Source: Candidatus Sysuiplasma superficiale (GTDB lineage: Archaea; Thermoplasmatota; Thermoplasmata; Sysuiplasmatales; Sysuiplasmataceae). Taken from it: a stretch of DNA of 64,000 nucleotides. The DNA is taken from contig JAGVSJ010000001.1 in the NCBI GenBank assembly GCA_019720975.1, positions 34,400 through 98,399 of the forward strand, in the 5' to 3' direction. Below, in pieces: positions 1 to 10,460 of the stretch (within the stretch, counting starts at the first letter, position 1; every line of letters begins with the position of its first letter). The position numbers and the translations under genes are program-made. The notes below the pieces were generated by a model. That model ran no database searches. It was not told the DNA's origin and worked only from the letters and a program-made list of their open reading frames with translations.

Positions 1-134
1 TCATTGCAATCATAGCCGTCATAGAGGAGACAGTCGCAAAACTCCGTCTTTTTAAGATACAGGACTTCCTGTCGGTATCCTTCGCACTCGCACTGCTCTC
101 CATAATCACCTACTCGCTGGGAGGGATAATTTGA
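1..134 (+). CDS. 3' end of HyfC/HycD (NuoH-like) membrane subunit of a hydrogenase-like complex (partial)
   Basis: Manual translation from position 3 gives IAIIAVIEETVAKLRLFKIQDFLSVSFALALLSIITYSLGGII*; the (E)xxxAKLRLF motif is typical of the HyfC/HycD C-terminus; stop overlaps the next start. Confidence 0.8.
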   Translation, partial: IAIIAVIEETVAKLRLFKIQDFLSVSFALALLSIITYSLGGII

Positions 135-748
135 GCAATGAAGCGCTGGCTATTCTGGGGGTGCTGATAATTGTGTCGGCACTGAGCATTCAGGTCCGCT
201 CGTACATCAGACCGGCAGTTCTCACAGTCACAACACAGTCTGTTCTTCTGGCGTTTTCAGTGGCCTATCTCGGATTGGTCCAGAAGTCCGCAGGTTTGAT
301 TCTTCTTGCGTTCCTGATATTCATTCTCAGGGGATATCTGCTTACCCGCATACTCGAAAGGAAACTGCCTGTAAGGAAGATGTTTGTGAGGGAATATTCG
401 CATGAGGCTGCGACTGTGACTGTTGCGAGTGCGGTCCTTCTGATAGTATCATTCCTCACCTACCGTTTTGCGATTTATCCTGCCATAGGCGACCCGCTGG
501 GATCCATTGGATTTGCGGTGATGCTGCAGGGATTCCTCCTAGTAATGTCGCGCAGAAACAGCTTCGCACATGTGATAGGATACATCGAGGAGGAGAACGG
601 TGTAATTTTCATGAGCTTGTCAGTTGCTCCACTCCCTCTCCTTATTGAAATAAGTGTGCTGCTGGACGTCCTTGCACTAGTGATTGTAAGCGCTGTGCTT
701 GTAAGACAGGACATAGTCCATGGTAGTGTGGAGGATCTGATTGGATGA
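131..748 (+). CDS. HyfE-like (NuoK-related) membrane subunit
   Basis: Multi-TM 205 aa; HVIGYIEEENG and LIEISVLLDV motifs; operon context. Confidence 0.8.
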   Translation: MSNEALAILGVLIIVSALSIQVRSYIRPAVLTVTTQSVLLAFSVAYLGLVQKSAGLILLAFLIFILRGYLLTRILERKLPVRKMFVREYSHEAATVTVASAVLLIVSFLTYRFAIYPAIGDPLGSIGFAVMLQGFLLVMSRRNSFAHVIGYIEEENGVIFMSLSVAPLPLLIEISVLLDVLALVIVSAVLVRQDIVHGSVEDLIG

Positions 749-2091
749 ATCTCTTAGTACTTCTTCTGATCGCGATTCCCGCCGTTTCCTCGCTTTCATA
801 CTTTTCGCGGTCTTTCAGGCCACTTTCGGCGGTTGCGGCATTTATTACGCTGTGCATTGCTGCTGTGATAAACGTATTTTCAATCTCTGTCTCCGGTTTC
901 TTTCTTGTCAATGAGATGAGCAGAATCATAGCACTGACTGTCTCAGCGGTGTATTTGCTCTCAGTAATTTTCGCACTTGGTTATCACCATCATCTGGGTG
1001 AGTCCAGAAACATGCGGCTTCATCTTTCAATGATGCATCTGTTTGCTTCCTCCATGCTGTTTTCCTTGACGGTTGACAATTATGGTCTGCTCTGGATCGG
1101 TATTGAGTCTACTACAATCACTAGTGCCCTGCTGCTAGTGATTGAGGAAAACAAACTGAATCTGGAGGCAGCCTGGAGGTATGTCGTAATTGTATCCTCA
1201 GGCCTGGCAATAAGCCTGATATCCATCATCATGATTTACAAGGCCTTCGGTACGCTCGACATATCCGTGCTGCTAGCGGAGAAGCATGTATATACACCTA
1301 TCACGGAAATTGCGGGTGCGACTGCGCTGATCGGTTTCGGAACCAAGATAGGAATAGCGCCGATGCATACGTGGCTTCCTGACGCGCACAGTGAAGCACC
1401 GTCCGAAATCAGCGCCATGTTTTCTGGTGTCCTTCTCCCGGTTGCTGCCTACGCACTCTACAGAATTTACCAGGTTACAGGTAGTCCGAGAATGGAGGCG
1501 CTCTACATCTTCTTCGCGCTGATAACAATCGCTACAGCTGCACTTATGATGCCTTCCCAGCGTTTCTACAAAAGAATGTTCGCTTATTCAACGATGGAGA
1601 ACATGGCTATGATAGTAATAGGATTAACCATTGGAGGTATTGGCTTCACTGGCGCAATTGTCCTGTTGGTATCGCATGCCTTTGGTAAGGCTGGTGCCTT
1701 CTACTCCTCAGGAAACATAATCTCTGCGACAGGTAAGAAGAGGATTGATGAAGTGAAGGGGCTGCGAGACACCATGCCCCAGAGCTGGTATGTGCTTCTC
1801 CTTTCATCTCTCGCTGTGACTGGAGCACCGCCGTCCGGTACATTCATCGGCGTGTTTCTGATTTTTCTCGGACTGGCAGATAGAGGATTGCTTGCGGTTG
1901 CTGCAATCATTGCTGTAATGATGCTTGTGACATTTGCATCTGTGAATATGAAAGTGCTCTCAATGACGCTCTCTGTGGGAAAGGATCAAGCCATACAGGA
2001 GGCAGGAAGACTTCAGAGGGCAATAGCGGTATCGTCAGTAGCCATGTCGACAGTGGTATCAGTTGCATTCCTCATTGCTGGAGGCATCTGA
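745..2091 (+). CDS. HyfF-like proton-translocating antiporter-like subunit
   Basis: LLWIGIESTT, LEAAWRY, GFGTKIGIAPMHTWLPDAHSEAPSEISA, KRMFAYST motifs of the NuoL/M/MrpD family. Confidence 0.9.
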   Translation: MNLLVLLLIAIPAVSSLSYFSRSFRPLSAVAAFITLCIAAVINVFSISVSGFFLVNEMSRIIALTVSAVYLLSVIFALGYHHHLGESRNMRLHLSMMHLFASSMLFSLTVDNYGLLWIGIESTTITSALLLVIEENKLNLEAAWRYVVIVSSGLAISLISIIMIYKAFGTLDISVLLAEKHVYTPITEIAGATALIGFGTKIGIAPMHTWLPDAHSEAPSEISAMFSGVLLPVAAYALYRIYQVTGSPRMEALYIFFALITIATAALMMPSQRFYKRMFAYSTMENMAMIVIGLTIGGIGFTGAIVLLVSHAFGKAGAFYSSGNIISATGKKRIDEVKGLRDTMPQSWYVLLLSSLAVTGAPPSGTFIGVFLIFLGLADRGLLAVAAIIAVMMLVTFASVNMKVLSMTLSVGKDQAIQEAGRLQRAIAVSSVAMSTVVSVAFLIAGGI

Positions 2092-3309
2092 ATGTCGGAC
2101 GAGAGAAAGATCCTTTCTGGAGCATTCCTCAGAGGCGAAAGATGGTATGCCGTATTCAGAAACATGAATGATATTGAGGAAACTGACTTTGGATCTCTCG
2201 AGGCCTATGAAAACTTCAGACACATCACCGGGATCGAGGATAAGGATGCGTGTGGGAAGGGGTTTGTCTATGGTCCGAGCGCAGGGGGTCTCATAGAGAC
2301 AATCAGATTCCGAATGAGGACTGACGGTGAAAGGATCGAGGATATATCACCTGATTTCTCCTACAAGAGCAGGCACCTGTCGATATCTGGTCTTGAACCT
2401 GAAGCCGCACTCCTGAGGGTTGAAAGACTCAACGGTTTCCATTCGGCGGCGTATTCAACACTCTTTTGCCGCACTGTTGAAGAGATACACAGTATCGATG
2501 TGTCCCGTGAGACACAGTTTGCAAGAATCATCATGTGCGAGCTTGAAAGAATAGCATCCCATCTCTATGTCGTGGGCAGGCTCTGCGAGGCTGCTTCTCA
2601 GAATGTGGCTACATCGCATGTATGTGTACTGCGCGAGAAGGTGCTACGCATCATTTCACGACGTTTCGGGCACAGGTACTTCTTTGGAGTAAACAGCATC
2701 GGTGGCATATCCAGGAAGCTGAATCTGGCAGGTATTGAGAAGGAGATAAACGCCGTTGCAGACGAATTTTGCGACATATGGGACCATCTTCAGATGTCAA
2801 CCATCTTCATTGACAGGATACAGAATACCTGCACCGTCAACAGAGAGTGGACTGTGGGTCCGGTTGCCAGGGCATCCGGTTTCCCAACGGATGAAAGATG
2901 GAAGGGAAAGCTCCTTCCTTATAATGAGTTGTCATTCAAGTACATACTGGAATACAATGGAGACTCACTCTCAAGAGCACTGGTGAGATCTCAGGAGATA
3001 AGCGAATCCGCTGCTATAATAGACCAGGCATGCGGCGAGGCGGAGGGTGTTCAGCCATCTGTACCTCACCGGTCTGACGCCGGGATGAGCACAGGAGAAT
3101 ATCTGGGCAGAATCGAGTCTCCCGGCGGTGAGATTGTGCTCTGGCTAAGTGAAGAACTGGGACGGATAAAGTACGGCTACATCAGGGGACCATCACTTGC
3201 CAACCTGCCTGCGTTCATCAGCGGAATCAGGGGATCTGTCTTTACAGATTTTTCATTCGGATGGGAAAGCTTTGGCATGTGGGTCGCTGAAATGGGAGGA
3301 TTGCAATGA
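2092..3309 (+). CDS. Hydrogenase-related large subunit (HyfG/HycE/NuoD-like) lacking NiFe-binding cysteines (Ehr type)
   Basis: YGPSAGGLIE, ELERIASHL, GPVARASG, IESPGGE; L1 site reads ERLNGFHS and C-terminal L2 reads DFSFGWESF, with no CxxC at either. Confidence 0.85.
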   Translation: MSDERKILSGAFLRGERWYAVFRNMNDIEETDFGSLEAYENFRHITGIEDKDACGKGFVYGPSAGGLIETIRFRMRTDGERIEDISPDFSYKSRHLSISGLEPEAALLRVERLNGFHSAAYSTLFCRTVEEIHSIDVSRETQFARIIMCELERIASHLYVVGRLCEAASQNVATSHVCVLREKVLRIISRRFGHRYFFGVNSIGGISRKLNLAGIEKEINAVADEFCDIWDHLQMSTIFIDRIQNTCTVNREWTVGPVARASGFPTDERWKGKLLPYNELSFKYILEYNGDSLSRALVRSQEISESAAIIDQACGEAEGVQPSVPHRSDAGMSTGEYLGRIESPGGEIVLWLSEELGRIKYGYIRGPSLANLPAFISGIRGSVFTDFSFGWESFGMWVAEMGGLQ

Positions 3310-3935
3310 GATCGTGGGTCTTGAGAGGACTTAGGAAAGGTGTTGTCACAACGTCCTTTCCCGCGAAAGAGGCCGAGGATGCACCACCATGGAGCACCAG
3401 ACCGGTAAGGAGGAAGAAAGGAGATGTTAGCTGCCCTGTCAACGCAGTGAGAGGAGATTCTGTCGACATGTGCAGATGTATCTCATGCGGCAGATGTTCG
3501 CCACAGTTTGAACCTGAACTCAGCATATCCACAGCAGTTGTCAACAGGACGGCCAGTGAATTTTCCCGATCGTTCCATGTCTATATCATAGACACAGGTT
3601 CATGCGGGGCATGCAACACCGAGGTTCATGCACTTTCCAATCCGGTCTATGATTTCAACAGGCTCGGAATATTCTTCACCAATACACCAAGGCATGCCGA
3701 TGCGCTCCTGATACTCGGCGTTCTGGCGAAGGGGATGGAGGATGTGTTGCTGGAGGCTTACAATGCAATGCCTTCCCCGAAGATTGTGATAGCGGCTGGT
3801 GCATGTGCAATATCCGGCGGAGTAATGGGAAACGCTGTGACAGAGAGGATTCATGCTGACATACTGGTTCCAGGATGTCCTCCCGGACCCTTTACAATTC
3901 TTGATGCGTTGATAAGGGCAAGGGGGAAACAATGA
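3306..3935 (+). CDS. HyfI/HycG/NuoB-like small Fe-S subunit with N-terminal ferredoxin-like segment
   Basis: GSCGACNTE, TPRHADALL, GACA, PGCPP; N-terminal CPVNAV...CISCGRC. Confidence 0.9.
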   Translation: MRSWVLRGLRKGVVTTSFPAKEAEDAPPWSTRPVRRKKGDVSCPVNAVRGDSVDMCRCISCGRCSPQFEPELSISTAVVNRTASEFSRSFHVYIIDTGSCGACNTEVHALSNPVYDFNRLGIFFTNTPRHADALLILGVLAKGMEDVLLEAYNAMPSPKIVIAAGACAISGGVMGNAVTERIHADILVPGCPPGPFTILDALIRARGKQ

Positions 3936-5773
3936 CGCCCCTGATATTCCTTTTCCTGCTCTCAATTCCGCCCATACTGGGAATTGCACGCAATAGTTTA
4001 TCGTATTCAGCGATGGCTGCCGCATCAGCAGCTGTTTTGATGCTCTCCTTACTGTCAGTGAATGAAAGTGCTTCTATCCTGAGGCTCAGCAGCTACATCT
4101 CATTCAGGCTGGATCCGCTCTCATCGTCATTTATGGTGATCGCTTCGGTTGTATGGGTAGCTTCATCGACATACTCCATTTCCTATGACATATCTTCAAG
4201 ATCTAACTCAATTTCCTTTTCACTCTCCATACTTTCGATGGCAGCGGTTATCCTCTCCGGTACATACTTCGCACTTCTCTTCAGCTGGGAAATGATGAGC
4301 GTGGCAGGATACTTCCAGATACTTTCGAGAAAGAACGTGGACATATCACCACCATACCTCTTCATACTCTTCAGTGAAGTGAGCACTCTTCTTCTCCTCC
4401 TGATGGCAGCTGACATCTACGCAAACACGGGCACACTGGTGATTGGACCGAGCATACCTGCTACAGCCTTCATCCTAGGCACTTTTGGTTTCGCGATCAA
4501 ACTTGGTGTCACACCCTTCTTCATTTCAGACTGGTTGCCAGAGGCACACAGCGCAGCACCCGCAAATGGCTCTGTTCTCTTCAGCGCAACTATGACAATG
4601 ACTGCGGTGTATTGCATCCTCAGGCTGATATCACTGTCCGTACCGGACATTGCCGCAGGCGTAATAATGATGGCTGCCGGTGCCTTCACACTTGTTTTCG
4701 CCTCCATCTTTGCCGCAGCAGCGGAAAATGTGAAGGCCATACCGGCCTACAGCACCGTTGAGAATGGCGGCTCGATGCTCATAGCGCTCGGAACCGTTGT
4801 GGTCGCTCTCTATTATAAGGACGCTCTCCTCGCAGCCTTCGCAACAGGCGCCGTACTCATATACGTTGGGGCACACACCTTTGGAAAAGCTGGCCTCTTC
4901 ATGTATTCCGGGATCCTTGGGAAAAGAGCAGCAAAAGGGGAACTCTCTGAGATTACAGGAGGCACAGATCCAATCTCATCGGCGGGTGGAATACTGTCGG
5001 CATCTTCCCTTGCGGGACTACTTCCGTTCGGAGGAGGTGTTGGTGAATGGATGCTTCTTGAGACACTTTTCATACTGGTTACTTCAGGTAACTACGGCAT
5101 ATCTGTAATATCCGTATTTGTGGGGGCTTCAGTAGCCCTCGGCGGTGGCATGTCACTCATATCGATGAGCAAGCTTGCAGGATTCGGAACCTCAGGAGCA
5201 CATGCGCATTCGGAGAAATCATCTGGTGCTGGTATCCTGGTATCTGGGGGCGCCGTTCTTCTTATTGGCATTCTCTCCACCTACACGATATACTTTTTCA
5301 ACAGAGCAATAGAAGAGGTTTCAGGTCAGTCGTTTGATAAACTGATCAGCGGCCTGCTTGCAGTTCCGACGGGGCTTCTCATCACATCTCCAGGGTCGCA
5401 TGGCGTATTTGGTCTTGTTTCACCTGTCTTTATCGCAACAATCATTTCAGTGTCCGCCATTGCCATGTTTGCCATAACGGCTTCAAGCAGCCGGAGACGG
5501 AAGGTAAGAGTCTGGTCTGGCGGCATAGGGGTAGAAACCGGCAGTTACGGTTCATTTGAATACTCAAATCCTGTAAGAATAATGTTCAGGCATATATTCG
5601 CGGGTGGAGTCTTGCCTGTAAACAGGGAATGGATGTTTCTGAAGAAGGGGGCGAAAATTTATTCTGCCTTTTCTGATTTTTCCGCGCGGCGAATCATGAA
5701 CAGCTCAATAGGGAGGTACATGCTCTACATTGTCGTCGCACTAGTGGCGGTACTGGTATATTCGGCGATCTGA
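3932..5773 (+). CDS. HyfB-like antiporter-like membrane subunit
   Basis: FSWEMMS, WLPEAHSAAPANGS, AYSTVENGG, GEWMLLETL; about 613 aa, hydrophobic. Confidence 0.85.
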   Translation: MTPLIFLFLLSIPPILGIARNSLSYSAMAAASAAVLMLSLLSVNESASILRLSSYISFRLDPLSSSFMVIASVVWVASSTYSISYDISSRSNSISFSLSILSMAAVILSGTYFALLFSWEMMSVAGYFQILSRKNVDISPPYLFILFSEVSTLLLLLMAADIYANTGTLVIGPSIPATAFILGTFGFAIKLGVTPFFISDWLPEAHSAAPANGSVLFSATMTMTAVYCILRLISLSVPDIAAGVIMMAAGAFTLVFASIFAAAAENVKAIPAYSTVENGGSMLIALGTVVVALYYKDALLAAFATGAVLIYVGAHTFGKAGLFMYSGILGKRAAKGELSEITGGTDPISSAGGILSASSLAGLLPFGGGVGEWMLLETLFILVTSGNYGISVISVFVGASVALGGGMSLISMSKLAGFGTSGAHAHSEKSSGAGILVSGGAVLLIGILSTYTIYFFNRAIEEVSGQSFDKLISGLLAVPTGLLITSPGSHGVFGLVSPVFIATIISVSAIAMFAITASSSRRRKVRVWSGGIGVETGSYGSFEYSNPVRIMFRHIFAGGVLPVNREWMFLKKGAKIYSAFSDFSARRIMNSSIGRYMLYIVVALVAVLVYSAI

Positions 5774-5864
5774 AACACACATTTTTGGAAGGGCAATAGA
5801 AAGGGATTGATGGAATCTTTTATCTGTCAGGGTCCACTGTTACAGTGCCACGGGTCTGATCATC

Positions 5865-6701
5865 ATGGAAGAAATACGCATAGGCCTCGTTCAGATGGCA
5901 ATGGGAAAATCACGAGGCAAAAATGTCGAGAAGGCGGTAAGAATGATAGATGAAGCGGCACGGAGGGGAGCTGATATCGTCTGTCTTCCGGAGCTCTTTG
6001 AGACCACATATTTCCCGGCAATTGAGAATGCGAATGCGGAGGCGGTCGAACTCCCCGGACGGACAGCTGAAAGACTCTCCTCATGTGCAAGGGAGAATGG
6101 TGTTACACTCATAGCCGGATCTGTATTCGAATCCTACCGCGGCAGGAGATACAACACGTCTCTCATCTTCGACTCTGAGGGAAGACAGATAGGCATTTAC
6201 AGGAAGGTGCATGTTCCACACGATCCGTATTTCTACGAAAAGAATTACTTCTCTCCCGGCCGCTCCTACAGGGTGGTAGCAACGGAGAAATGCAAGGTGG
6301 GGGTGCTGATCTGCTACGACCAGTGGTTTCCAGAAGCGGCAAGGGTGAACAAACTGCTCGGGGCCGATGTTCTCTTCTATCCCACTGCCATAGGCACTGT
6401 CAGCACAATCGAACAGACCGAGGGGGACTGGAAGGAGGCATGGAAGACCGTCCAGAGGGGGCATGCAATAGCGAACAGCATGGTGGTTGCGGCTGTAAAC
6501 CGCGTGGGCACTGAGGGCGACATGAACTTCTGGGGAGGCTCTTTCGTATGCGATCAGTTCGGAAATATCATTGCGGAGGCGGACGACAGCGAGTGTGTGA
6601 CGGTCGCAACATGCGACATAGATCTGGGAAGGAATATCGAAAAAGGGTGGGGTTTCATCCGGAACAGGAGGCCCGGCACCTATGGAAGGCTGGTTGAATG
6701 A
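5865..6701 (+). CDS. aguB: N-carbamoylputrescine amidase (carbon-nitrogen hydrolase)
   Basis: CLPELF, YRKVHVP, FYEKNYFSPG, ICYDQWFPEAAR, YPTAIG; adjacent to agmatine deiminase. Confidence 0.85.
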   Translation: MEEIRIGLVQMAMGKSRGKNVEKAVRMIDEAARRGADIVCLPELFETTYFPAIENANAEAVELPGRTAERLSSCARENGVTLIAGSVFESYRGRRYNTSLIFDSEGRQIGIYRKVHVPHDPYFYEKNYFSPGRSYRVVATEKCKVGVLICYDQWFPEAARVNKLLGADVLFYPTAIGTVSTIEQTEGDWKEAWKTVQRGHAIANSMVVAAVNRVGTEGDMNFWGGSFVCDQFGNIIAEADDSECVTVATCDIDLGRNIEKGWGFIRNRRPGTYGRLVE

Positions 6702-7732
6702 AGGCTGAAGAGGATTGCGGCAGCGGATGCGTGATGCCTGCCGAGTGGGAAACGCACGAATCCACATGGCTGGCATGGCCGAAGAATCCACTTACGTTTG
6801 AGAGCAAAATAATACATGAAGTCGAGGAAACCTATGTTGAGATCATAGAGTCACTTGCACCCGGTGAAAGGGTTGATCTCCTCGTTGACGGTGAGAAGGA
6901 TGAGGAATATGTGCTCTCCTGCCTCTCGCACACGGGAAACGTGCGCTTCCACAAAATAAGGACTGCTGATGTTTGGGTGAGGGACTACGGCCCCATATTT
7001 GTGAGGAGAATGGACAGAGCTGGCATAGTTGCAACAAAATGGATCTTCAATGCATGGGGCAGCAAATATGATGACCTTCTGCCGGACAACAATGCAGGTC
7101 TCGAGATTGCGGGAAGGGCGTCTGTCTCCGGCATTGTGGAAACAGGGATGGTCCTGGAGGGAGGGTCCATAGACGCAAACGGGAGCGGACTGATGCTGAC
7201 GACAGAACAGTGCCTGCTGAACAGAAACCGCAACCCGGGACTTGACAGGAGGCAGATATCAGAAATGCTTTCCAGATACCTTGGCACCCGAGAACTGATA
7301 TGGCTGAAGGGCGGAATAGCGGGTGATGACACAGACGGACATGTGGATGATGTTGCAAGGTTTGTTTCAGGGAACAGTGTCATATGCATGCGTGAGAAGA
7401 ATGAGCAAAGCCCGAATCACAGCATCCTGAAGGAAAATGCAGATATACTGAGGAAATTCAGGAAGGAGGACGGCGGATATCTGGATGTTGTGGAGATCCA
7501 GATGCCTGAACTTAGCGAAGGGAGTGTAGGCCTCCCCGGAAGTTATGCCAACTTCTACATAGGAAATTCGGCAGTCCTTGTTCCCGTGTTCGGCTGCAAA
7601 CAGGACGGCGCGGCAATAGACGCACTCAGGGAATTCTTCCCGCAGAAAAGGATAAAGGATATAGACTGCAGAGCGCTGATACACGGCTTTGGCGCGCTGC
7701 ACTGCATAACACAGCAGCAGCCTCTGCCCTGA
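6698..7732 (+). CDS. aguA: Agmatine deiminase (PAD family)
   Basis: MPAEWE, WVRDYGP, LEGGSID, DTDGHVD, SYANFY, GALHCITQQQP. Confidence 0.92.
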   Translation: MKAEEDCGSGCVMPAEWETHESTWLAWPKNPLTFESKIIHEVEETYVEIIESLAPGERVDLLVDGEKDEEYVLSCLSHTGNVRFHKIRTADVWVRDYGPIFVRRMDRAGIVATKWIFNAWGSKYDDLLPDNNAGLEIAGRASVSGIVETGMVLEGGSIDANGSGLMLTTEQCLLNRNRNPGLDRRQISEMLSRYLGTRELIWLKGGIAGDDTDGHVDDVARFVSGNSVICMREKNEQSPNHSILKENADILRKFRKEDGGYLDVVEIQMPELSEGSVGLPGSYANFYIGNSAVLVPVFGCKQDGAAIDALREFFPQKRIKDIDCRALIHGFGALHCITQQQPLP

Positions 7733-7752
7733 ACGGCACTGAGGTTAATTTC

Positions 7753-8679
7753 TCATTCGATGTAATCGTAGGATGTTGCCCTGTGCTTGATGAAGTCTCC
7801 TCTCTCGAGTTCCTGAAAGGCTTCAGCAAGCTGTTCCCTTGTGTTCATCACTATGGGACCGTACCATGCAATAGGTTCCCTGAGCGGTCTGCCTGACATC
7901 AGCAGGAACCTTGCACCCGTTTCGTCGGTCTTTATCCTGATCCTGTCACCACTCCTGTCATAGAGCACGACAGATCGCGGGCCTGCCCTTACATTCTTCC
8001 TTGTGTCAAATACCGCCTCCCCGTCAAGCACATAAGCAAACGATGTGTAGCCATCCCTCACGTCGTAATTTATCTCGCTGCCTGCCTTCATCGTTATATC
8101 GAGGTAATGGGCATCAACCGGCAGATTTTTCACCGGCCCTGTTATCGAGCCCAGGCCGGGAACTCCCCTGAGCTCGCCTGCTATGAGTTTCACTGCAGTT
8201 CCGTCGTCGAGTTCAACGGAAGGTATGTTGTCCCTGAGAAGGTTCCTGTAACTCGGCTCGCTCATCTTCTTTTCCGCAGGTATATTCACCCAGAGCTGGA
8301 ACCCTCTCATCTCGGTGTCCTCCTTCTCCTCGTCATGCCTCCGTGCCGCAGGCCTGGGCATTTCGGCGTGATATATGCCGCTACCGGCGCTCATCCACTG
8401 AAGATCGCCGCTCCTTATCACACCCTTTGTACCGGTGCTGTCCTCGTGATGCACTTCACCCTTCAACAGATATGTCACTGTTTCGATGCCCCTGTGAGGA
8501 TGCCAGGGAAAACCTGCCATGTACTCATGAGGATAGTGTGATCCGAAGTCATCAAAAAGGAGGAAAGGGTCGAATATATAGGCCAGCTGTGTGCTGCCAA
8601 AGCCCCTCATCAAACGCACACCCGCGCCCTCGAGTGTCGGCCTGCTCTTCAGAACCTCTGCTACAACTCTTGTTTCCAT
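7753..8679 (-). CDS. Pirin family protein
   Basis: EGAGVR, DPFLLFD, GFPWHPHRGIETVTY, QWMSAGSGIYHAE, GPIVMNT; start re-assigned to ATG 8679 (METRVV). Confidence 0.92.
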   Translation of the reverse strand: METRVVAEVLKSRPTLEGAGVRLMRGFGSTQLAYIFDPFLLFDDFGSHYPHEYMAGFPWHPHRGIETVTYLLKGEVHHEDSTGTKGVIRSGDLQWMSAGSGIYHAEMPRPAARRHDEEKEDTEMRGFQLWVNIPAEKKMSEPSYRNLLRDNIPSVELDDGTAVKLIAGELRGVPGLGSITGPVKNLPVDAHYLDITMKAGSEINYDVRDGYTSFAYVLDGEAVFDTRKNVRAGPRSVVLYDRSGDRIRIKTDETGARFLLMSGRPLREPIAWYGPIVMNTREQLAEAFQELERGDFIKHRATSYDYIE

Positions 8680-8828
8680 CCTGTCTTTCACCCTTAGCTT
8701 TGAGCCCTTACAGGTTGAATCAGCCTGTTCCTGTATAAAAACGGGTGCCCTGGGTATCAGACACAATACCAGATATAAATCCACAGATCCTGGCTGTTGG
8801 AAAGGACATGGCTGGCGGTAGCGGTATG

Positions 8829-10391
8829 TCACCGGCCGCTATGGCGCAGAACCCTGCCCCCTCTCCTTCCCGTGACCCTGCCATCACTCACCTCAAGCAC
8901 GCCATTTACAAACAGATAGACTATTCCTTCCGGGAGGAGTGTGGGTTCGCCATATGTGCTTCTGTCCCTTATTTCATTGATGTCAAAAACAACAATATCG
9001 GCAAAATAACCGTCCCGGACAAATCCCCTGTCTTCTATGGAGAATCGTTCAGCGTTCAGTGCTGATGCCTTCCGCACCATGGATTCGACTGTGTTTGTCT
9101 TCAGCTCACGGACATATCTTGAAAACGCACGTGGGAAGGTTCCGAATGCGCGCGGATGCGGATGGCCTCCTGTGAAAACAGAACTGTCGCTGCCTATCCC
9201 CGTTTTTGGATGGCTGAAGACTGCATCCACATCTCCTTCAGACATGTTGTGAACAATGATTGCAATGTCATGCCCGTTGGCTTCAAGAAGGCGCAGTACA
9301 GCCTCCGCAGGCGAGCATTTCATATCACGCGATATATCCAGTATGTTTGAATCGCTGTATTTCGAAATGGCCGGAGATGAGATGTCTTCAACAACCACTG
9401 CCTTCCAGTCTTCGCTGTCCCTCTCACTCTCCATCTCCCTCACCACCCTCTCCCTGACACTCCTGTCGGAAATTGAATGGAGCATGGAGCTGAAGCCGCC
9501 TTCCATGATGTGTTTGGGAAGAGTGATTGTCAGATCCGTGTGGCATGCAGTGTAGGGGTAGGCATCCCATGATATGCCCCTGTTCCTGGCAGATTTCCTG
9601 TCCAGATCGCCGAGTACGCCTGTGACCTTTCCCCAGTTCTTCCTTCTTGTTGATTTGAGATGTGATATCTCCAGCCTCACACCTGCCTTCCTTGACACTC
9701 TCAGCGATTCGCTTACCGAATCCTCCAGCCTGTCATCCTCGTTCCTCATGTGGGTTGCATAGATGCCGTTATGCTTCGAAACAACCGTGCAGAGCTCGGC
9801 AAGCTCCTTCCAGTCGGCAAATGATGAAGGAGTGTATTCGAGGCCCGATGAGAGGCCGAAGGCTCCGTCCCGCATGCTCTTTGAAAGCAACCTTTTCATC
9901 ACGCCAAGCTCCGCGCGTGATGGGGGTGCACCGGAAAAACCCATTGCAGCAGATCTCAGATTCCCGTGTCCCTGCAGCGGTGCGATATTTACAGCCGGGC
10001 GGAGGCCGTCAACAACGGATGCATACTCAGCCAGGCTGTCCCACCTGAGTCTCACACCTGAACGCAGATACTCTTCCCTCATCACCCTTCGGTTCAGGTC
10101 AGTGACAGGAAAGGGGGAGAATCCGCAGTTTCCGGTGACCTCGGTGGTTATGCCCTGGAGTATCCTGTTTTCGGCCTTCGGATTCTTCACAATTGCTATG
10201 TCGGAATGGGAATGGGCGTCGATGAAACCCGGCGCAATTATCAGGCCATCGGCATCAATCTCCTCCACCTTCCCCCTGATCCGGAAATCAGGATGGAGGA
10301 ACATCCTGTCACCCCTCACAAGTATTCCACTGTTCTCGTACGGTTTCGACCCCGAGCCGTCCACAATCAATCCGCCATTTATCCTGAACAC
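8829..10391 (-). CDS. N-acyl-D-amino-acid deacylase (D-aminoacylase, amidohydrolase)
   Basis: APGFIDAHSHSD, GNCGFS, ATHMRNE, SHLK, HPHPRAFGTFPR, ADIVVFD. Confidence 0.9.
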   Translation of the reverse strand: MFRINGGLIVDGSGSKPYENSGILVRGDRMFLHPDFRIRGKVEEIDADGLIIAPGFIDAHSHSDIAIVKNPKAENRILQGITTEVTGNCGFSPFPVTDLNRRVMREEYLRSGVRLRWDSLAEYASVVDGLRPAVNIAPLQGHGNLRSAAMGFSGAPPSRAELGVMKRLLSKSMRDGAFGLSSGLEYTPSSFADWKELAELCTVVSKHNGIYATHMRNEDDRLEDSVSESLRVSRKAGVRLEISHLKSTRRKNWGKVTGVLGDLDRKSARNRGISWDAYPYTACHTDLTITLPKHIMEGGFSSMLHSISDRSVRERVVREMESERDSEDWKAVVVEDISSPAISKYSDSNILDISRDMKCSPAEAVLRLLEANGHDIAIIVHNMSEGDVDAVFSHPKTGIGSDSSVFTGGHPHPRAFGTFPRAFSRYVRELKTNTVESMVRKASALNAERFSIEDRGFVRDGYFADIVVFDINEIRDRSTYGEPTLLPEGIVYLFVNGVLEVSDGRVTGRRGGRVLRHSGR

Positions 10392-10460
10392 GGATCAGGG
10401 GCTATATTCTTCCAGTATGAAATTGTATTGCTTGCTCCGTGTGAAAGGCAAACAAGAAAT

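Noticed and set aside
2092-3309. Group 4 NiFe hydrogenase or formate hydrogenlyase call
   Set aside because: Both Ni-binding CxxC motifs are absent and no fdh or hyp genes are nearby
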